Part shown: positions 30,418 through 39,859 of the stretch, piece after piece
Layout of the letters: the number at the start of each line of letters is the position of its first letter
How positions within the stretch are numbered: position 1 is the first letter of the stretch
Assembly (NCBI GenBank): GCA_041499965.1
Contig: JBGQLG010000004.1
Span: forward strand, 15,103-79,102
Reading direction: 5' to 3'
DNA from: Candidatus Methylomirabilia bacterium
Lineage (GTDB): Bacteria > Methylomirabilota > Methylomirabilia > Rokubacteriales > CSP1-6
DNA length: 64,000 bases
Notes under the pieces: generated by a model
Told to the model about the DNA's origin: nothing
Seen by the model: the letters and a program-made list of their open reading frames with translations, nothing else
Database searches by the model: none
Made by a program: the position numbers and the translations under genes

Positions 30418-32694
30418 ATGACGCACCTGGAGACGCTCGAGCGCATCCAGCAGCGCGTGCTCTGGCTCTCGGCCTGGATGGTCCACCACGCCAACGCGCG
30501 GCCAAGTGTCGACGGCCTCAAGGTCGGCGGGCACCAGGGCTCGTCGGCGTCGGTGGTCAGCCTGCTGACCGCGCTCTACTTCGACGCGCTACGTCCCGGC
30601 GACGTCGTCGCCGTGAAGGCGCACGCCGCCCCGGCGTTCTACGCGGTCCAGTACCTGCGCGGCCGGTTGAGTGCCGCCGAGCTGCAGGGTCTGCGCGTCT
30701 TCGGCGGCCTGCAGGCCTATCCCAGTCGCCGCAAGAACCCGGCGGTCGTCGATCTTTCCACGGGCTCGATGGGACTGGGCGCGGTGGCGGCGACGTTCGG
30801 TGGCCTCGCCTCACGGTACCTGGTGGATCACGGGGGCCACGCGACACCCGAGCGGTTCGTCGTGATGGTCGGCGATGCCGAGCTGGACGAAGGCAACGTG
30901 TGGGAGGCGCTCGGCGAAGAGGTCGTGCGGCGGCTCGGCAACGTGCTGTGGATCGTGGACGTCAACCGCCAGAGTCTCGATCGCGTCGTCCCCGACACCC
31001 GACCGCGCCAGCTCGCCGACATGTTCCGCGCCGGCGGCTGGCGCGTCGACGAGCTCCGCTGGGGACGGAAGCTGCAGGCGCACCTCGCAGAGCCCGGCGG
31101 TGAGCCTCTGCGCCGGCGGCTGGAGCGCGCATCCAACGCGGAGTATCAGCGGTGGCTCCGGCTGCCCGCGGGCACGCTCCGCAAGGCGCTGGTCACCGGA
31201 CCGGATGGCGGCCTCGACGCCGCGCTCGACCGGGCGCTCGTCGACGTCGCCGACGAGGCGCTGCCCGCGCTGATCGGTGACGTCGGCGGCCACGACCTCG
31301 CGCTTCTTCTCGAGGCCTACGCGGCCGCCGCTCAGGAGCGTGAGCGCCCCTCGGTGATTCTCGCCCACACGATCAAGGGCTGGGGCCTGCCGTCGGCGGG
31401 CGATCCGCTGAATCACACGGCCGTGACGAGCGGCGTGCAGATCGAGGCGCTGCGGGTGGCCCTCGGCGTCGAGCCGGGCCGGGAATGGGACGGCTTCACG
31501 CCGGGTACGCCGGAAGCCGAGCACATCCGGACGCTGCCGCCGCTGTTCACGCCGCCGCCCGTGCCCCCGCCGCCTGCCGTGCCGGAGACGCTCGACGAGA
31601 CCTATGCGGAGCAGACGTCGACGCAGGAGGCGTTCGGCCGTGCGCTGGCGGCGCTGGGTCGGGTGCCGGTCGGCGACGCGATCGTCACGATGTCCGCCGA
31701 CGTGGCGGTGACCACGCACCTGGCGGGCTGGATGAACCGCAAGGGCATCTACTTCCCGTCCGCGCGGCCCGACGCGTTCGCCGACGTGCCGCAGGCCGTG
31801 CGCTGGCGGGAGGGTCCCGACGGCCAGCATGTCGAGCTCGGCATTGCCGAGCACGACCTGTTCCTGACGCTGGCCGCCTTCGGGCTCACCGCCGAGCTGT
31901 CCGGTGCCACGTTGCTGCCGATCGGTACGCTCTACGATCCATTCGTCACGCGCGGGCTCGACGCGCTGTATCACGCGCTCTACTGTGGCGCGCGCTTCGT
32001 CGTGGTCGCCACGCCGTCGGGGATCAGCCTCGCCCCGGAGGGCGGTGCCCATCAGTCGGTGATCACGCCGGTCATCGGCGTTACCCTGCCCGACCTTGCG
32101 TACTACGAGCCGGCATTTGCGCGCGAGGTCGAGTGGATCCTACTGGCCGGGTTGCGCGCCGTGGCCGAGCGGCGTGAGAGCCTCTACCTGCGCCTGACCA
32201 CCGCCCCGGTCGACCAGCGCCTGGCTCTGCCGCCGACCGCCGAGCTCCGCGCGGCCGTGCTGGCTGGCGGCTATCGACTCGTCGACGCGCGCGGCGCCCA
32301 GGGATGGAGCGCGGAGGCGGCCGTGCACCTCTTCGCGGTGGGTGTGACCGTCTCCGCTGCCGTGGAGGCGGCCCGCCGGCTCGGCGAGCGCGGCGCCTTC
32401 GCCAGCGTGTTCGTCGTCACCAGTCCGGATCGGCTCTACCGGGGGCTGCGCGACCCGCGCCCCTACGTCGAGACGCTGGTGGGCGCCGACGAGGAGGACG
32501 TGCCGGTGGTCTCGGTCCTCGACGGCCACTCCCACGCGCTGGCGTTCCTGGGCGGCGCGCTCGGCGTGCCCCAGCTCGCCCTCGGCGTGGACGGCTTCGG
32601 TCAGTCGGGGACGCGGCCCGATCTCTATCGCCACTACGGCATCGACGCCGACGCCATCGTCGCGGCGGCCGCCACGCTGCTGGGTGGGTTGTAG
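30418..32694 (+). CDS. AceE-family TPP-dependent 2-oxoacid dehydrogenase E1 component (homodimeric type, shortened N-terminus)
   Basis: KVGGHQGSSASVVSLLTALYFD...GLQAYPS...STGSMGLG...VMVGDAELDEGN...ILAHTIKGWGLP parallel E. coli AceE GGHMASFQSSAT...LSSYPHP...VSMGLGP...LGDGEMDEPE...ILAHTIKGYGMG. 758 aa. No E2/E3 genes nearby. Confidence 0.6.
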   Translation: MTHLETLERIQQRVLWLSAWMVHHANARPSVDGLKVGGHQGSSASVVSLLTALYFDALRPGDVVAVKAHAAPAFYAVQYLRGRLSAAELQGLRVFGGLQAYPSRRKNPAVVDLSTGSMGLGAVAATFGGLASRYLVDHGGHATPERFVVMVGDAELDEGNVWEALGEEVVRRLGNVLWIVDVNRQSLDRVVPDTRPRQLADMFRAGGWRVDELRWGRKLQAHLAEPGGEPLRRRLERASNAEYQRWLRLPAGTLRKALVTGPDGGLDAALDRALVDVADEALPALIGDVGGHDLALLLEAYAAAAQERERPSVILAHTIKGWGLPSAGDPLNHTAVTSGVQIEALRVALGVEPGREWDGFTPGTPEAEHIRTLPPLFTPPPVPPPPAVPETLDETYAEQTSTQEAFGRALAALGRVPVGDAIVTMSADVAVTTHLAGWMNRKGIYFPSARPDAFADVPQAVRWREGPDGQHVELGIAEHDLFLTLAAFGLTAELSGATLLPIGTLYDPFVTRGLDALYHALYCGARFVVVATPSGISLAPEGGAHQSVITPVIGVTLPDLAYYEPAFAREVEWILLAGLRAVAERRESLYLRLTTAPVDQRLALPPTAELRAAVLAGGYRLVDARGAQGWSAEAAVHLFAVGVTVSAAVEAARRLGERGAFASVFVVTSPDRLYRGLRDPRPYVETLVGADEEDVPVVSVLDGHSHALAFLGGALGVPQLALGVDGFGQSGTRPDLYRHYGIDADAIVAAAATLLGGL

Positions 32695-32713
32695 CGGTAT
32701 ACTTCGAGCACCG

Positions 32714-34192
32714 ATGGTCACCCTCACCCCCGACCGCAAATCCGCGCTTCGCCGCGAGCTGGCCGCCATCGTCGGCCCCGGCGGCGTGCTGTCCGAGCCG
32801 GACGAGCTGCTCGTCTACGAGTCGGACGGGCTGACGCTGCTGCGGGCCCTGGCCGATTTCGTGGTCTTCCCCACGGCGGCCGAGCACGTGGCGGACATCG
32901 TGAAGCTGGCCAACCGCGAGCGGCTGCCGTTCGTGGCTCGCGGCGCCGGGACCGGGCTGTCGGGCGGCTGCCTGCCGGCCGAGGGCGGCATCGTGATCTC
33001 GATGATGCGCATGAACCGCGTCCTCGAGGTCGACTACGACAACCAGATCGCCGTCGTCGAGCCGGGGCTGGTCAACCTGCACCTGTCGTGGGCGGTCGGC
33101 CCCCGCGGCTTCTACTACGCGCCGGACCCGTCGAGCCAGCAGGCCTGCACCATCGGCGGCAACATCGCCAACAACTCGGGCGGCCCCCACACGCTGAAGT
33201 ACGGCGTCACCGTGAACCACGTGCTCGGCCTCGAGGTCGTGATGCCCGAGGACGGCAGCATCGTGTGGCTGGGCGGCCGCACGCGCGACCCGCTCGGCTA
33301 CGATCTGCCCGGCCTCTTCGTCGGGTCGGAGGGCACCTTCGGCATCGCCACCAAGATCGTCGTGCGCATCCTCCGCAAGCCCCAGGCGGTGAAGACGGTG
33401 CTCGCCGTCTTCGATCAGGTCGAGCACGCCTCGGCGGCCGTCTCGGCGATCATCGCGCGCGGCCTGGTGCCGGCGGCGATCGAGATGATCGACCACCTGA
33501 CGATCCAGGCCGTCGAGGACGCCTTCGGCTGCGGCTATCCGCGCGACGCGGCCGCCGCGCTGCTGATCGAGGTCGACGGCCTCCGCGCGGGCCTGGACGC
33601 CCAGGCCGATCGCATCGAGGCGGCCTGCCGCGAGTCGGGCGCGCGCGACGTGCGGACGGCGGCTGACGAGGCCGAGCGCCAGCTCTTGTGGAAGGGACGC
33701 AAGTCGGCGTTCGGCGCCTACGGCCGGGTGTCACCCGCCTACATGGTGATGGACGGCGTCATCCCGCGCACCAAGCTGCCCTATGTGCTCGGCCGCGTGA
33801 ACGAGATCGTGGCCGCCCACGGTCTGCGTGTCGGCAACGTGTTCCACGCCGGCGACGGCAACCTGCATCCGAACATCCTCTACGATCCGCGCAAGCCGGG
33901 CGAGGAAGCGCGCGTGGTGCAGGCCGGCGCCGAGATCATGAAGGTCTGCGCCGAAGTCGGCGGCTCGATCTCGGGCGAGCACGGCATCGGACTGGAGAAG
34001 TCCGACTTCATGCCGTTCATCTTCTCCGCCGCCGATCTCGAGTTCATGCAACGGCTCAAGACCGCGTTCAACCCGAACGGTCTCTGCAACCCGGGCAAGG
34101 TCTTCCCGACGAAGAAGTCCTGCGTCGAGGTGGGGCCGGTCGCCTATCGGCCGCACACGATCGAAGAACAGGGCCTCGCGCAGCGCTTCTGA
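32714..34192 (+). CDS. glcD: FAD-linked oxidase, glycolate oxidase subunit GlcD-like
   Basis: FAD-binding PCMH domain (RGAGTGLSGG). Start set at ATG 32714 after the E1 stop. TATACT lies 10 nt upstream. Confidence 0.8.
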   Translation: MVTLTPDRKSALRRELAAIVGPGGVLSEPDELLVYESDGLTLLRALADFVVFPTAAEHVADIVKLANRERLPFVARGAGTGLSGGCLPAEGGIVISMMRMNRVLEVDYDNQIAVVEPGLVNLHLSWAVGPRGFYYAPDPSSQQACTIGGNIANNSGGPHTLKYGVTVNHVLGLEVVMPEDGSIVWLGGRTRDPLGYDLPGLFVGSEGTFGIATKIVVRILRKPQAVKTVLAVFDQVEHASAAVSAIIARGLVPAAIEMIDHLTIQAVEDAFGCGYPRDAAAALLIEVDGLRAGLDAQADRIEAACRESGARDVRTAADEAERQLLWKGRKSAFGAYGRVSPAYMVMDGVIPRTKLPYVLGRVNEIVAAHGLRVGNVFHAGDGNLHPNILYDPRKPGEEARVVQAGAEIMKVCAEVGGSISGEHGIGLEKSDFMPFIFSAADLEFMQRLKTAFNPNGLCNPGKVFPTKKSCVEVGPVAYRPHTIEEQGLAQRF

Positions 34193-34203
34193 GCGGAATC
34201 GCC

Positions 34204-35508
34204 GTGCCTGCGCTGCTCGACACCCTCCGCGCGACCGTCGGTGCCGCCCACGTGCTCATCGGCGTGGAGCTCTCGCCCTTCGTGATCGAGGGCCGCACTC
34301 CCGACGCCGCCGTCTTCCCCGGCACCGCCGAGGAGGTGGCGGCGGTCGTGCGCGCGGCCGCCGCGGCCGGCGCGGCGATCGTGCCCTGGGGCGGCGGCAC
34401 CGCGGTGGCGGTCGGCGAGCCGCCGCCGCACGCGGCGCTCGTCCTCGGCCTGCGCCGGCTCGCGCGACTGGTCGAGCACGAGCCCGGTGACCTGACCGCG
34501 ACGGTCGAGGCGGGCCTCACGCTGGCCGTCTTCCAAGATAGCCTGCGGGCGCGCGGTCAGTGGCTCTCGCTCGATCCGCCGGATCCTCAGCACGCGACCG
34601 TGGGCGGCATCATCGCCGCCGATGCCTCGGGCCCGCGGCGGCATCTGTACGGCACGGTCCGAGACTTACTCATCGGCCTCACCGTGGTGACCGCCGAGGG
34701 CGCCATCGTGCGGGGTGGCGGCAAGGTCGTCAAGAACGTGGCGGGCTACGACCTGCCGAAGCTGTTCGTCGGCGCCTGGGGCACGCTGGGCATCGTGGTC
34801 GAGGCCACCTTCAAGCTGCGCCCGTTGCCCGACGAGGAGCGGCTGCTCGCCGTCCGCTTCGATCGCCTGAAGGATTGCGGCGCCGCCGCCCGGAGCCTGC
34901 TGGCCGGCGATCTCATTCCCAACGCGGTCGACATCGTCGATCCCGTCGCCGCGGCGGCGCTGGGGCTCGGCAGTGCGGCGGCGCTCGTCGTCGGCTTCGA
35001 CGGGTTGCGCGAGCAGGTCGACTGGCAGGTCGCCGAGCTCACCGCGCTCGCCGGGTCGCTGGGCGGCCGCGACGTCGCCACGCTGCCGCCGGCCACGTGG
35101 CCGCGGCTGGCGACGATCGCGCGCGACGCCATCGATTCGCGGGCGGCGCTGATGCGCTTCTCGGTGCTGCCGACGCTCGTGGCGGAGACGATGGAGCAGG
35201 GCGCCCAGGCGGCGCGCCAGCGCGGGCTGGCCAGTGCGTGGGCCGCCCACGCCGGGGTCGGCGTGATCGAGGCAGCGCTGATGGCCGGGCGCGATGCCGC
35301 CGACGTCACCGCGGTGCTGACCGAGTGGCGGGCGATGGCGACGACCGGCGGCGGCCACGCCACGCTCACCTGGGCACCGCTGGCCGTGAAGTCGCAGGTG
35401 CCGGTGTGGGGCGACGCCGGCCCCGCCGGCCGGATCATGCAGGCCATCAAGGCGCAGCTCGATCCCCACAACGTCCTCAACCCCGGGCGATTCGTGGCGG
35501 GCATCTGA
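34204..35508 (+). CDS. glcE: glycolate oxidase FAD-binding subunit GlcE-like
   Basis: FAD-binding domain (IVPWGGGTAV...VKNVAGYDL). GTG start inferred just after the glcD stop. The ORF-track start at 33688 is a frame artefact. Confidence 0.65.
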   Translation: MPALLDTLRATVGAAHVLIGVELSPFVIEGRTPDAAVFPGTAEEVAAVVRAAAAAGAAIVPWGGGTAVAVGEPPPHAALVLGLRRLARLVEHEPGDLTATVEAGLTLAVFQDSLRARGQWLSLDPPDPQHATVGGIIAADASGPRRHLYGTVRDLLIGLTVVTAEGAIVRGGGKVVKNVAGYDLPKLFVGAWGTLGIVVEATFKLRPLPDEERLLAVRFDRLKDCGAAARSLLAGDLIPNAVDIVDPVAAAALGLGSAAALVVGFDGLREQVDWQVAELTALAGSLGGRDVATLPPATWPRLATIARDAIDSRAALMRFSVLPTLVAETMEQGAQAARQRGLASAWAAHAGVGVIEAALMAGRDAADVTAVLTEWRAMATTGGGHATLTWAPLAVKSQVPVWGDAGPAGRIMQAIKAQLDPHNVLNPGRFVAGI

Positions 35509-35510
35509 GC

Positions 35511-36857
35511 GTGACGCACCCGACGCCCGCGAGTACCACGCCGTCGCCGCTCACCCTGCACGGGCTCAGCGTGGAGGGCGTGAACCAGTGCGTGCACTGC
35601 GGGCTCTGCCTGGCCTCCTGCCCGACGTTCTCCGAGCTCGGCACCGAGATGGACTCGCCGCGCGGCCGCATCTTCCTCATCAAGTCGCTGGCCGAGGGGC
35701 GCATCGGCCTCAGCGATCCGACCGTCGAGCATCTGTCGCTCTGCCTCGACTGCCGCGCGTGCGAGACGGTCTGCCCGGCCGGCGTGCCCTACGGACGGCT
35801 GATCGAGGCGGCCAAGGCCGAGATCGAGCGCCAGAGACCGGGGGGCCTCGGGCGCCGCGCGTTTCGCTGGCTGAACTTCGGGCTGCTGCTCGGTCACCGA
35901 CGCGTGCTGGCCCTGGCCGCCGCGGGGCTACGCCTCTACCAGGCCAGCGGCCTGCAGTCGCTGGTGCGGCGAACCGGGCTCGCGCGGCTGTTGCCGGGCA
36001 CGCTGCCGGCGTGGGAGGCGCTGCTGCCGACGATGCCGTCGGCCGCCGAGCGCGCGCCGCTGCCGGCGCTGACGCCGGCCGTCGGCCCGCGTCGCGCCCG
36101 CGTCGCGATGCTGACGGGCTGCGTGCAGTCGATCGTGTTCGGTGCCCACAATCGGGCGACCGCGCGCGTCCTGGCCCGCAACGGGTGTGACGTGCTGGCG
36201 CCGTCGGGGCAGGGCTGCTGCGGCGCGCTCAACGCCCACGGCGGCGATCACGCGCGGGCCGTCGCGATGGCGAAGCGTACGATCGAGACGTTCGAGGCCG
36301 CGGGCGCCGACGCGATCGTCGTCAACACCTCCGGCTGCGGCGCCCACATGAAGGCGTACGACGCGCTGCTGGCCGACGATCCGGCCTGGGCCGAGCGGGG
36401 CGCCCGTTTCGCGCGCATCGTGCAGGACCTGGCCGAGTTCCTGGCGCGCGAGCCGCTGCGCGGCCCGCTGGCGCCGGTGTCGATGACGGTGACCTATCAC
36501 GATCCGTGTCACGTCGTGCACGGCCAGAAGATCCGCCGCCAACCGCGCGAGCTGCTGGCCCAGATTCCGGGGCTGAAGGTGGTCGATCTGCCGGAGGCCG
36601 ATTGGTGCTGCGGCTCGGCCGGGATCTACAACCTCACCCAGCCGGAGATGGCCGATCGCCTGCTGCGCCGGAAGGTGCGCAACGTGGCCTCCACCACCGC
36701 CGAGGCCGTCGTCACCGCCAACCCCGGCTGCATCCTGCAGATCCAGGCCGGGCTGCGCGCCCAGGGCATCGAGCGCTCGGTGCTGCATCTCGTCGAGGTG
36801 CTCGACCGGGCCTACGCCGGCTCGAGCGCGGCCGCCGAGGCCGCCGCCCGGACGTGA
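35511..36857 (+). CDS. glcF: glycolate oxidase iron-sulfur subunit GlcF-like (2x4Fe-4S + CCG domains)
   Basis: CVHCGLCLASCP and CLDCRACETVCP ferredoxin motifs. Cys-rich CCG region (DPCH, CCGSAG). GTG start 3 nt after the glcE stop. Confidence 0.75.
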   Translation: MTHPTPASTTPSPLTLHGLSVEGVNQCVHCGLCLASCPTFSELGTEMDSPRGRIFLIKSLAEGRIGLSDPTVEHLSLCLDCRACETVCPAGVPYGRLIEAAKAEIERQRPGGLGRRAFRWLNFGLLLGHRRVLALAAAGLRLYQASGLQSLVRRTGLARLLPGTLPAWEALLPTMPSAAERAPLPALTPAVGPRRARVAMLTGCVQSIVFGAHNRATARVLARNGCDVLAPSGQGCCGALNAHGGDHARAVAMAKRTIETFEAAGADAIVVNTSGCGAHMKAYDALLADDPAWAERGARFARIVQDLAEFLAREPLRGPLAPVSMTVTYHDPCHVVHGQKIRRQPRELLAQIPGLKVVDLPEADWCCGSAGIYNLTQPEMADRLLRRKVRNVASTTAEAVVTANPGCILQIQAGLRAQGIERSVLHLVEVLDRAYAGSSAAAEAAART

Positions 36858-37378
36858 CGAGTCGAGCCCCCGGGTCGACGCCCCTCGAGCACAAGGCGAC
36901 CGCGCCGACGTCGGTGGGGTGCTTCGTGCTCACGGTGTCGGACACGCGTACGCCCGACAACGACACCGGCGGCAACGTGATTCGCGAGCTCCTGTCCGGC
37001 GCCGGGCACCCCGTGATTGGCTCGGCGATCGTGCGCGACGAGCCGGCCGACGTCGCGCGCGTCGTGCGCGAGGCCTGCGCTGACCCGCGCGTGCAGGTCG
37101 TTGTCCTCACCGGCGGCACCGGGATCACCTCGCGCGACTCCACCTTCGAGGCGGTGGAGGCGTTGCTGGACAAGCGGTTGCCCGGCTTCGGCGAGCTGTT
37201 CCGGGTGCTCTCGTACCAGGAGATCGGCGCCGCCGCCATGCTCTCGCGCGCCCAGATGGGCATCCACGCGCGGCGCATCGTCGTCTCACTCCCCGGCTCG
37301 CCCAACGCCTGCCGGCTCGCGCTCGAGAAGCTCCTGCTGCCCGAGCTCGGCCACCTCGTACGGGAGGTCAGTCGCTGA
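36854..37378 (+). CDS. moaB: MoaB/MogA-family molybdopterin adenylyltransferase-like protein
   Basis: FVLTVSDTRT...GGTGITSRD...SLPGSP pattern. Start uncertain (GTG 36854 overlapping the glcF stop, or GTG near 36914). Confidence 0.6.
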   Translation: MTSRAPGSTPLEHKATAPTSVGCFVLTVSDTRTPDNDTGGNVIRELLSGAGHPVIGSAIVRDEPADVARVVREACADPRVQVVVLTGGTGITSRDSTFEAVEALLDKRLPGFGELFRVLSYQEIGAAAMLSRAQMGIHARRIVVSLPGSPNACRLALEKLLLPELGHLVREVSR

Positions 37379-37445
37379 GCCGTCCCTGACGCGCGCTATA
37401 CTCGATGCGTCACTCGATGCGTCCTGCGCTTCAAGGAGGCTTGGC

Positions 37446-38537
37446 ATGCCGCGCTCGTACCGTTTCGTGACGCTGGCCCTGATCGTCGCCGTCGCGCTCC
37501 TCACGCCGGCGGTGCCGCCGTCCATGGCCCAGGAGACCAAGTACTGGCGGGAAGACGCCGCCGTCACACCGCCGCCGGAGCTCTCCCGCTTCAACCAGCT
37601 CCTGGCCGATCTCGCCGAGCAGCTCAAGCCCGCGCTCGTCCACGTCCAGGTGCGGCGCACGCCCGGCAAGGACCGCGATGACGACAGTCCCGGCGAGCCC
37701 CGCCGCAGCAACGGCTCCGGCTTCCTCATCGACCCCGGCGGCCTGATCGTCACCAACGCCCACGTGGTGGAGGACGCCGACTGGGTGCAGGTGCGGCTGG
37801 CCGACGGCCGCCGCTTCCAGGGTAAGGTCGTCGGGCAGGACGACCGCGTCGACCTGGCGCTGGTCAAGATCGATGGCGCCGACCACCTGCCGACGCTGCC
37901 CATCGGCGACTCCAACCGTGTGCGGGTCGGCGAGTTCGTCATGGCGCTCGGCCATCCGTTCGGGCTCGAGCAGTCGGTGTCGCTCGGTATCGTGAGCCGC
38001 AAGGGCCGGCCGCTCGACGTGGCGGCGCCCGGCTTCGACTACCTCCAGACCGACGCCGCCGTCAACCCCGGCAACTCCGGGGGGCCGCTCGTCAACATGG
38101 CCGGGCAGGTGGTGGGCGTGAACAGCATGGCCGCGCGCAACGGCTCCATCGGCTTCGCGATTCCGTCAAATCTCGTGAAGCTGCTGGTGCCGCAGCTCGC
38201 GACCAAGGGCAAGGTCGAGTGGGGCTGGCTGGGGGTGTCGATCACCGAGGTCGGCGACGACGACCTCGACCGGCTGAAGCTGCGCGAGGCCAAGGGCGTG
38301 CTCGTGCGCCGCGTGATGCCCGGCGAGCCGGCCGATCAGGGCGGCGTGAAGGCCGACGACGTCATCATCGCGCTCGACGGCACGACGCTGGCCGAGCCGC
38401 GCGACCTGCAGCGCGTGGTGTCGACGACGCCGGTCGGCAAGCGGGTGCGCATGGTGGTCCTGCGCGCCGGTGAGCAGAAGGAGATGGAGATCACGATCGG
38501 GCGCTACCAGGAGCGTCCGGAGCGGCCCGCGCGCTAG
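37446..38537 (+). CDS. htrA: HtrA/DegP-family serine protease (trypsin domain + PDZ), signal-anchored
   Basis: Intact triad context: GSGFLIDPGGLIVTNAHVV, DLALVKI, GNSGGPL. C-terminal PDZ. AGGAGG SD 7 nt before the ATG. Confidence 0.85.
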   Translation: MPRSYRFVTLALIVAVALLTPAVPPSMAQETKYWREDAAVTPPPELSRFNQLLADLAEQLKPALVHVQVRRTPGKDRDDDSPGEPRRSNGSGFLIDPGGLIVTNAHVVEDADWVQVRLADGRRFQGKVVGQDDRVDLALVKIDGADHLPTLPIGDSNRVRVGEFVMALGHPFGLEQSVSLGIVSRKGRPLDVAAPGFDYLQTDAAVNPGNSGGPLVNMAGQVVGVNSMAARNGSIGFAIPSNLVKLLVPQLATKGKVEWGWLGVSITEVGDDDLDRLKLREAKGVLVRRVMPGEPADQGGVKADDVIIALDGTTLAEPRDLQRVVSTTPVGKRVRMVVLRAGEQKEMEITIGRYQERPERPAR

Positions 38538-38539
38538 GG

Positions 38540-39040
38540 TCAAGCTCGCGCGTGCGGCGCCGCCAGCGCCGCCAGCGTCGCTCGCGCCCACGGCTCGTCG
38601 AGCGCGGGCGTGGGCGCGTAGCGGATCGCCCCGGTGATGCGCGCGCCGCCCTCCCAATCAGCGGCCGCGTCCTCGATCACCTGCTCCACCTCGAGCAGGA
38701 AGAAGCCTAGGTCGTACGCCTCGCCGCCCACCACGGGTAGTGGCCCGTCCAGCGCACGAATCTTGACGGACGTGACGACATCGGGCTCGATAATGCTGAG
38801 CGTTCCCAGCGCGCGCTCCGCGAGATTCCGGGCGCTGCCGCTGCGGGCCTGGATGACGAGCCCCAGCGAGCGGGCGTCGTAGGCGCGGAGCTCGAGATAG
38901 GAGACCAGCATCGGATGAGGACGACCCTCGGCGTCCAGCGTCACGAACGGCAGTCCGACTCCCAGCCGCTGCGCGAGGTCCCGCTGGCTGAGCCGCTCGA
39001 CGAGCGCCGGGGGGAGTGCGGAGCCGACCACGCGTGTCAT
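38540..39040 (-). CDS. hypothetical protein (possibly PNPOx-like FMN-binding split-barrel)
   Basis: 166 aa. Weak pattern resemblance only. Confidence 0.4.
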   Translation of the reverse strand: MTRVVGSALPPALVERLSQRDLAQRLGVGLPFVTLDAEGRPHPMLVSYLELRAYDARSLGLVIQARSGSARNLAERALGTLSIIEPDVVTSVKIRALDGPLPVVGGEAYDLGFFLLEVEQVIEDAAADWEGGARITGAIRYAPTPALDEPWARATLAALAAPHARA

Positions 39041-39199
39041 GCCGGAAGCGTAACAGCCGCGTCACGGCCGCGACAACCTGCCCACGGACCCGAACACGAT
39101 CCCTTCATCCCGGCGCGCACTTGGCTCGATGGCGACCGTGGTCCTGCCCTTGCACCGCCGGATCGGGTCGCCCCGACTCCTCCGACGGAGAGTGGTTCC

Positions 39200-39790
39200 A
39201 TGGACAACCTGCGCTGGTGGCTGCTGCTGATCGTCGCGGTTCTGTTCTCGATGTCCGGCTGCGCGTCCTCCCAGGACTGGGCGTACTGGCGCAACCATCC
39301 CACGCACTTCGCCACCGGCGGCCACATGACGTTCTCGATGCAGAACGACAACGTCTACTACCCCACGGTGACCGAGGCCGACGTCAAGCAGGCCCAGACC
39401 TACGGCTGGTGGGGTGACCAGGTTCCGCTGGCGCCGCCGGCGAACCTGTCCGGTCGCTGGGTGGGGACGTGGAGGGGGCTCGGGCTGTTCGACTCGCTGC
39501 GCCAGGGCGACGTCGAGGCCACGCTGACCCAGCAGGACAACGTCGGCGTCGCGCTCCTGCACCTGGAGAACACGATCGCGGCCGGAGTGCCGTGGATCGT
39601 GCGCCTCGAGGGGATGCGCGGTGTGCGCCTGGTCTATCGGGTGGCGGGCAACGACGCGTGGATGCGGTATCCGGAGAGCCCGACCGAGATGACCGTCGCC
39701 TTCACCCTCATCAACAACGATCGCCTCGTCGGCACCATCGCGGACGCCGACGCGCCGGTCGTCATCACGCTGATCCGCCGCCAGAAGTAG
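39200..39790 (+). CDS. hypothetical lipoprotein
   Basis: MDNLRWWLLLIVAVLFSMSGCASS signal with a lipobox-like MSGC. The ORF-track start at 38915 is an upstream extension. Confidence 0.55.
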   Translation: MDNLRWWLLLIVAVLFSMSGCASSQDWAYWRNHPTHFATGGHMTFSMQNDNVYYPTVTEADVKQAQTYGWWGDQVPLAPPANLSGRWVGTWRGLGLFDSLRQGDVEATLTQQDNVGVALLHLENTIAAGVPWIVRLEGMRGVRLVYRVAGNDAWMRYPESPTEMTVAFTLINNDRLVGTIADADAPVVITLIRRQK

Positions 39791-39859
39791 GACGGCTTCG
39801 CGGGGGCCCGGACAACGGGCCCCATCCTCCACAGCCCTGGCCCGCCCGGGCGGGGCGCC

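Noticed and set aside
33688-34203. Upstream portions of frame-shifted long ORFs 33688..35508, 34560..36857, 36506..37378, 37017..38537, 52172..53683 and 53550..56672
   Set aside because: Each real gene (glcE, glcF, moaB, htrA, YnfA-like, Mo-hydroxylase) begins right after the previous gene's stop. The upstream parts of these ORFs are out-of-frame read-through of the preceding gene.
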